From the NCBI GenBank assembly GCA_963841435.1, contig CAWJCS010000005.1, positions 64,001 to 128,000 on the forward strand: a DNA stretch of 64,000 nt, in the 5' to 3' direction. Below the pieces are notes generated by a model. It saw only the letters and a list, made by a program, of their open reading frames with translations. It made no database searches and was not told the DNA's origin. This document shows positions 59,844-64,000 of this stretch, in pieces. The DNA comes from an uncultured delta proteobacterium. Its GTDB lineage: Bacteria > Myxococcota_A > Polyangia > Polyangiales > Polyangiaceae. Position numbers and translations under genes: made by a program. Each line of letters opens with the position of its first letter. Positions within the stretch are counted from its first letter, which is position 1.

Positions 59844-61013
59844 TCACGGACGCCCGACCAGGCGCTCGAGCATCGCAAGGTGCCTGCCTTGCGGGTAGCT
59901 TCTGCGGTAGCGCTCGACCTCGACGCTCGCGCGCGAAAGCTCGCCCGCGCGATACCAGGCCTCCACCGTGCGTGCCACGGCGTCCTCGGCAAGGTTTCCT
60001 CGTGGTGCGAGCGCCTCCGCCTTCGCGAAAGCGAGCGCAGACTCGCGCGGCCTCCCGAGCTCGTTCATGAGCACCCAGCCGAGCGTGAACGCGGCCGACG
60101 GAGCCCGGGGGTCACTCGCGTGGCCGACGAGCATCTTGCGCAGTAGCTTGGCTGCCTCGTCCGGATGACCCGACAAGCGCGCGACGTCGGACGCGAGAAG
60201 CAAGTCGCCCGGCTCGTCGCGAACGTCGCTGAACGCCGCGGGAACCAACAGCTCGAAGGCACGCCGATGCTTCCCGGCGCGCGCGAGCTCGCGCCAATCA
60301 GAGGAAGACGCCTGCTCGGCGGCGACCCGCGTCGCTTCCTTGCTCGACGCGACGCGCGACGCCTCCCCTGCCTTGGGGAGCGCTTGGTCGGAGACGACCG
60401 CGGAGGAGGCGACGGCCGCATAGGTCCCGCTCTCGCCACCGCGAAGCGTCGCGGTCTCGAGCGCCCCTCCCTCACCAGGAAATGAAACCGCGACGGAGCC
60501 TTCGGTCACGGCGACGCGCACGACGTCGCCCTGCTTTTCAACGTCGAAGACGGTACCGAGATCGTCGACCTCGACTTCGGCCGCTCGCACGCGAAAAAGG
60601 CGGTGTGGATCGTGTCGAACTCGAAAGTGCGCGCTGCCCGCAGCGACCCCGACGACGACGAGCGAGTCGGTCTGCTCGCGAACCTCGACGCTCGAGCCGC
60701 GGGTGAAGCGCATCTCCGTGCCGTCGCCGAGTGAGACGCGCTCCAAGCCGGCTGCGACCGCCCGGGGCTCGTTCGCCGTCGGCAGAGCAGCGGGCTTCAG
60801 CGCGCGGAAGGCAACGATCATCAGCCCGAACGCGGCGGCGAAGGCCAGCGCGGCTCGGCCGACCGTCATCCCGCGCCGCAGCGAGGGTCGAGCGCCGGGC
60901 CTCTTGCGCAAGAGCTCGAGCCACGCGTCTTCGACGCGACGGGCGTCCCATGCGCGCATTTGCAACTGGCGCTTGAGCGCCTCGATGTGCTCGTTCATGG
61001 TGAGCTCGCTCAT
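59844..61013 (-). CDS. FecR-TPR anti-sigma factor
   Basis: TM, LGDGT, FRVRHDP, DDLGTVFDV, VTEGSV; TPR tail DPRAPSAAFTLG...YPQGRH. Confidence 0.88.
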   Translation of the reverse strand: MSELTMNEHIEALKRQLQMRAWDARRVEDAWLELLRKRPGARPSLRRGMTVGRAALAFAAAFGLMIVAFRALKPAALPTANEPRAVAAGLERVSLGDGTEMRFTRGSSVEVREQTDSLVVVGVAAGSAHFRVRHDPHRLFRVRAAEVEVDDLGTVFDVEKQGDVVRVAVTEGSVAVSFPGEGGALETATLRGGESGTYAAVASSAVVSDQALPKAGEASRVASSKEATRVAAEQASSSDWRELARAGKHRRAFELLVPAAFSDVRDEPGDLLLASDVARLSGHPDEAAKLLRKMLVGHASDPRAPSAAFTLGWVLMNELGRPRESALAFAKAEALAPRGNLAEDAVARTVEAWYRAGELSRASVEVERYRRSYPQGRHLAMLERLVGRP

Positions 61014-61612
61014 GACTTATTCTCCACCTCGCGCGTGATGGCCGAGAGCCCGCGGGCAACGCGCCCGTCCGCCGCTTGGATGCGCCGTTTCGCGGTCGAG
61101 AGCGACCACCCGCAGAGCTTGGCCACGCTCTGCACCGTCTCCTCCTGAACGTGGCGAAGCACCCAGGCGATGCGCAGCTCGACGGGAATCTTGTCGAGAA
61201 TCCCGTAGAGCTTGTTCACCATCTCTCGATGCTCGGGGAGAACACTCGGCGCTGCGATCCGGTCGAACTCCGGCTCGTCCATCCGAAACAGGAGCCGCGT
61301 GAGTCTCCTGCGACGCAGGCGCGTACGCGCCAGCCGAATCGCAATCGTCATCAGCCACGGCCGTGCCCCCTCTCGATCTTCCAGTCGTTCGAGAGCGCGC
61401 CAGGCCCGGACGAAAACGTCTTGAACCAGATCGTCGGCTTCCTCGACGCTCTGAAGCATCGCCACTCCGAGGGATGCGATGGCCGGCGCGTGCCGGCGAA
61501 ACAGCTCCTCGATGCCGAGCGGATAGCCTGGCGCGGGGGGGGTCCTGGCGGGCTCCCCCGCGTCGACCAGGTGCGGGCGCCGCATGGCCACAGGCATGAC
61601 GAGCAGATACAT
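61010..61612 (-). CDS. ECF sigma factor
   Basis: EADDLVQDVFVRAW, WLMTIA, LCGWSLSTAKRRI; ATGA-coupled to the FecR gene. Confidence 0.92.
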   Translation of the reverse strand: MYLLVMPVAMRRPHLVDAGEPARTPPAPGYPLGIEELFRRHAPAIASLGVAMLQSVEEADDLVQDVFVRAWRALERLEDREGARPWLMTIAIRLARTRLRRRRLTRLLFRMDEPEFDRIAAPSVLPEHREMVNKLYGILDKIPVELRIAWVLRHVQEETVQSVAKLCGWSLSTAKRRIQAADGRVARGLSAITREVENKS

Positions 61613-61643
61613 ACAAAACGCTTCAGCCGGAAAAAGTGGCTCA
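61613..61643 (-). promoter_or_regulatory. Candidate autoregulatory ECF promoter TGAGCCA-N15-GCGT
   Basis: Directly upstream of the sigma ATG, same spacing as the other sites. Confidence 0.5.
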
Positions 61644-62113
61644 GAAAAGAAAAGGGCCAGGTTTCCGTCTCACGTTGGGCTTGATCGCAAGACCGCTCGA
61701 CGCCGCCACTCGGAGAGCACGCCGCAGCGAAACAGAAGCGACCAGCGATTCGACTTCAGACGTTCCCGACTTCGCGTTTGCGTCGCATGCGTAAGGGTGT
61801 CCACTCGGCGAAGCAACATCCGAGTCTCTGGCTTCGTGTTTGCGTCGAGTGACGAGCGCTGTTGCTCAACGCGCCAAACAGTTGACAACGCGCGCGTTCC
61901 CCGTCGCGCGAGCTTCGATCGTTCGAAGAAGATCGTTCAAGCGGCATGTAGCAGCATGTAAGCAAGCGCGGCTCGTACCCAGCGACGACGAATCTGTCGT
62001 GAGCGATTTCCACGTGCGAGCAATTGTTGAAGCTTGCTGCGAAAGCGCTTCAGCAACAGAAAAACAAACGAGCGCACGCCTCGTCGGCTTGCATCAGTAC
62101 TCGGTGTGATATC

Positions 62114-63901
62114 ATGATGAACATCAGCATGAGCACATACCTAGGAGTGAGGCGGTTGCTTCCGCCCCTCGTGGTGCTCGCGGCGACGGTCGGGTGCACT
62201 GCGACGATCTCGGGCAACGGCGCCGGAGACGGCGATGGCAACACCGGCAGCGGCGCGGGCCCGAGTGGATCGGGCGGATCCAGCGCCGGTTCGTCCGGCA
62301 CGGGCGGCAGCGTGGCGACCGGTGGGAGCGGGGGCACGGGCGGCGCCACTGGCGGCAGCACGGCCAGCGGAGGCACCGGCGGCGGCGTTCCGTCGGAGGT
62401 GCCGGAAGTCAGCATGGATGGCGCGCCCATCTACAGTCGGCTGCTGCGCCTGACCAACGATCAATACGGCCACAGCGTCGACGACCTCCTCAAGGTCGCA
62501 GCGCCTACGGGGCTCGCTGACGGCTTCTTGCATTCGGTGTCCGGCACCACGGACTTCGACAACAACGAGCGCGTCGTATTCGTGAACAGCACTGCGTGGA
62601 GTGATTTCCAACTCGCCGCCGAGAGCGCCGCTTCGCTGGTCACGGCAACGGACGCGGACCTGCAGCGCGTCGCCGCGACGACCGACGGCACGACGTTCAT
62701 CAAGACGTTCGGTCGCCGCGCCTTCCGCCGTGACCTAACCGACGCCGAGGTGGCGACCTACAAGGCGCTCTTCGACACGGGCCCGACGTACACCGGCACC
62801 CAGAGCGACTTCACCAAGGGCGCCGGGCTCGTGATCACGGCGATGCTTCAGTCGCCGAACTTCCTCTACCGCATGGAGATGGGCGACCCGGGCACGCCGC
62901 TCACTGGCTACGAGATGGCGGCCAAGCTCTCGCTCTGGATTCGCGACACGACGCCCACCGACCAGATGCTCGACACCGCCAAGAGCGGAGGCTTCGACAC
63001 GCCCGACGCGGCGGCGAGCCAAGCCGCCCAGATGCTCGACGAGCCGGCGGCCATGGCCACCATGCGGAAGTTCCACGGCGAACTCTACAAGATCGAGGTC
63101 CTGGACACGATCACGAAGACGGGCGTCCAGGGCTACAGCGACGCGCTCATCCCCGAGTTCAAGGAAGCCTCCTACCAGTACTTCGATCGCATCTTCTCGC
63201 AGAACCTCGGGATCGCCGACATGCTCACGTCGACCGTGGGCTTTGCCGGCCCACTGATGGCAGCGGTGTACGGCGTCACCTTGACGGGCAGCGGGATCCA
63301 GCAGGTCAACCTGCCGGATCGCGCAGGCTTCTACTCGCAGGCGCCGTTCCTCACGCTCTGGGCCATCAACAACGCGCCGGATTCGATTCACCGAGGCGTG
63401 CGCATCAACCTCGACACGCTGTGCCGCGATCCCGGCCTCCCCAACGCCGTGCTTCCGTCCGTCCCGGCGCTCGAGCCCGGTCAAACCAACCGCCAACGCT
63501 ACGACGCCCTCACCAAGGAGTGCGGCGCCTCCTGCCACGGACAGATCATCAACCCCGTCGGGTTCGCGTTCGAAAACTTCGACGGGCTCGGTCGCTACCG
63601 CGACACGGACAACGGGCAGCCCGTTGACTCGACCGGAACCTACACGTTCGTCGAGGGCACGCTCGACTACTCGGGCTCCACGGAGCTCATGCAGCTCATC
63701 GCGAGCGGCGTTCAGGCACACCAATGCTACGCAAAGAAAGTCGCAAGCTACGCCATGGAGCGTGACATCGTCGCAACCGAGCGGCCGCTCATCGAGTCGC
63801 TCGGACAAACGAGCCTAACTACGGGCGCGTCGCTCAAGGAGCTGATGGTGGCTCTCGTCAAGAACGATGCGTTCCGTACGCACGTCGGAGGTGCCCCGTG
63901 A
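62114..63901 (+). CDS. DUF1592-family lipoprotein, copy 4 (CX3CH)
   Basis: Lipobox TVGC, LLRLTNDQY, FGRRAFRR, QSPNFLYR, SIHRG, CGASCH, FENFDGLG; start 62114-62129. Confidence 0.9.
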   Translation: MMNISMSTYLGVRRLLPPLVVLAATVGCTATISGNGAGDGDGNTGSGAGPSGSGGSSAGSSGTGGSVATGGSGGTGGATGGSTASGGTGGGVPSEVPEVSMDGAPIYSRLLRLTNDQYGHSVDDLLKVAAPTGLADGFLHSVSGTTDFDNNERVVFVNSTAWSDFQLAAESAASLVTATDADLQRVAATTDGTTFIKTFGRRAFRRDLTDAEVATYKALFDTGPTYTGTQSDFTKGAGLVITAMLQSPNFLYRMEMGDPGTPLTGYEMAAKLSLWIRDTTPTDQMLDTAKSGGFDTPDAAASQAAQMLDEPAAMATMRKFHGELYKIEVLDTITKTGVQGYSDALIPEFKEASYQYFDRIFSQNLGIADMLTSTVGFAGPLMAAVYGVTLTGSGIQQVNLPDRAGFYSQAPFLTLWAINNAPDSIHRGVRINLDTLCRDPGLPNAVLPSVPALEPGQTNRQRYDALTKECGASCHGQIINPVGFAFENFDGLGRYRDTDNGQPVDSTGTYTFVEGTLDYSGSTELMQLIASGVQAHQCYAKKVASYAMERDIVATERPLIESLGQTSLTTGASLKELMVALVKNDAFRTHVGGAP

Positions 63902-64000
63902 CCGACCGCATCAAAGCCAGGCGCCACGTCGTCAACCGCCGCGCGTTCCTTTACGGCGCGGGCGGGGTCGCGCTGGGTCTTCCGTTCCTCGAAGGCCTGC
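63898..64000 (+). CDS. DUF1552 family protein, copy 4 (5' fragment)
   Basis: GTGA overlap; NRRAFLYGAGGVALGLPFLEG matches the N-terminus of copy 2. Confidence 0.85.
   Translation, partial: MTDRIKARRHVVNRRAFLYGAGGVALGLPFLEGL

Noticed and set aside
47951-61612. Composite transposon or invertible segment bounded by the inverted sigma cassettes
   Set aside because: No transposase or recombinase, and the cassettes are diverged paralogs rather than identical inverted repeats.
1-64000. Many long alternative-frame and antisense ORFs (e.g. 2836-4641, 11674-13464, 19453-21597, 41951-43795)
   Set aside because: Arg/Ala/Pro-rich shadows of real genes, expected in high-GC DNA with few stop codons; no recognisable motifs.

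Overview
A very GC-rich bacterial window whose gene content points to a myxobacterium of the Sorangium/Polyangium type (inferred from gene content only: Ser/Thr kinases, TPR-PEGA proteins, FecR-TPR anti-sigmas, DUF1592/DUF1552 pairs, Gly-rich lipoproteins). About 49 CDS can be supported; I see no rRNA, tRNA, CRISPR array or mobile element. In order: the 3' part of secA; a GldA/F/G-like ABC plus DUF4340 operon; a Ser/Thr kinase followed by a TPR-PEGA-TonB-dependent receptor; a Cpx-like two-component locus; a kinase-sigma54 activator fusion; a putative porin/13-heme cytochrome/monoheme lipoprotein cluster; and lipid-anchored carbohydrate enzymes (GH16, CE2-like, CE1-like) with a XylR-like regulator. 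The dominant feature is four DUF1592-family heme-lipoprotein/DUF1552 Tat-protein pairs interleaved with three ECF sigma/FecR-TPR anti-sigma modules and one orphan ECF sigma. A bipartite motif, TGRRCCR-N15-GMGT, lies upstream of four units in the 54-62 kb block and suggests these genes form one ECF regulon. Four +1 frameshifts all fall in RGATCY or GAATTC palindromes and are probably methylation-linked sequencing errors. Start codons are my best estimates, and family names come from motif recognition, not database searches.
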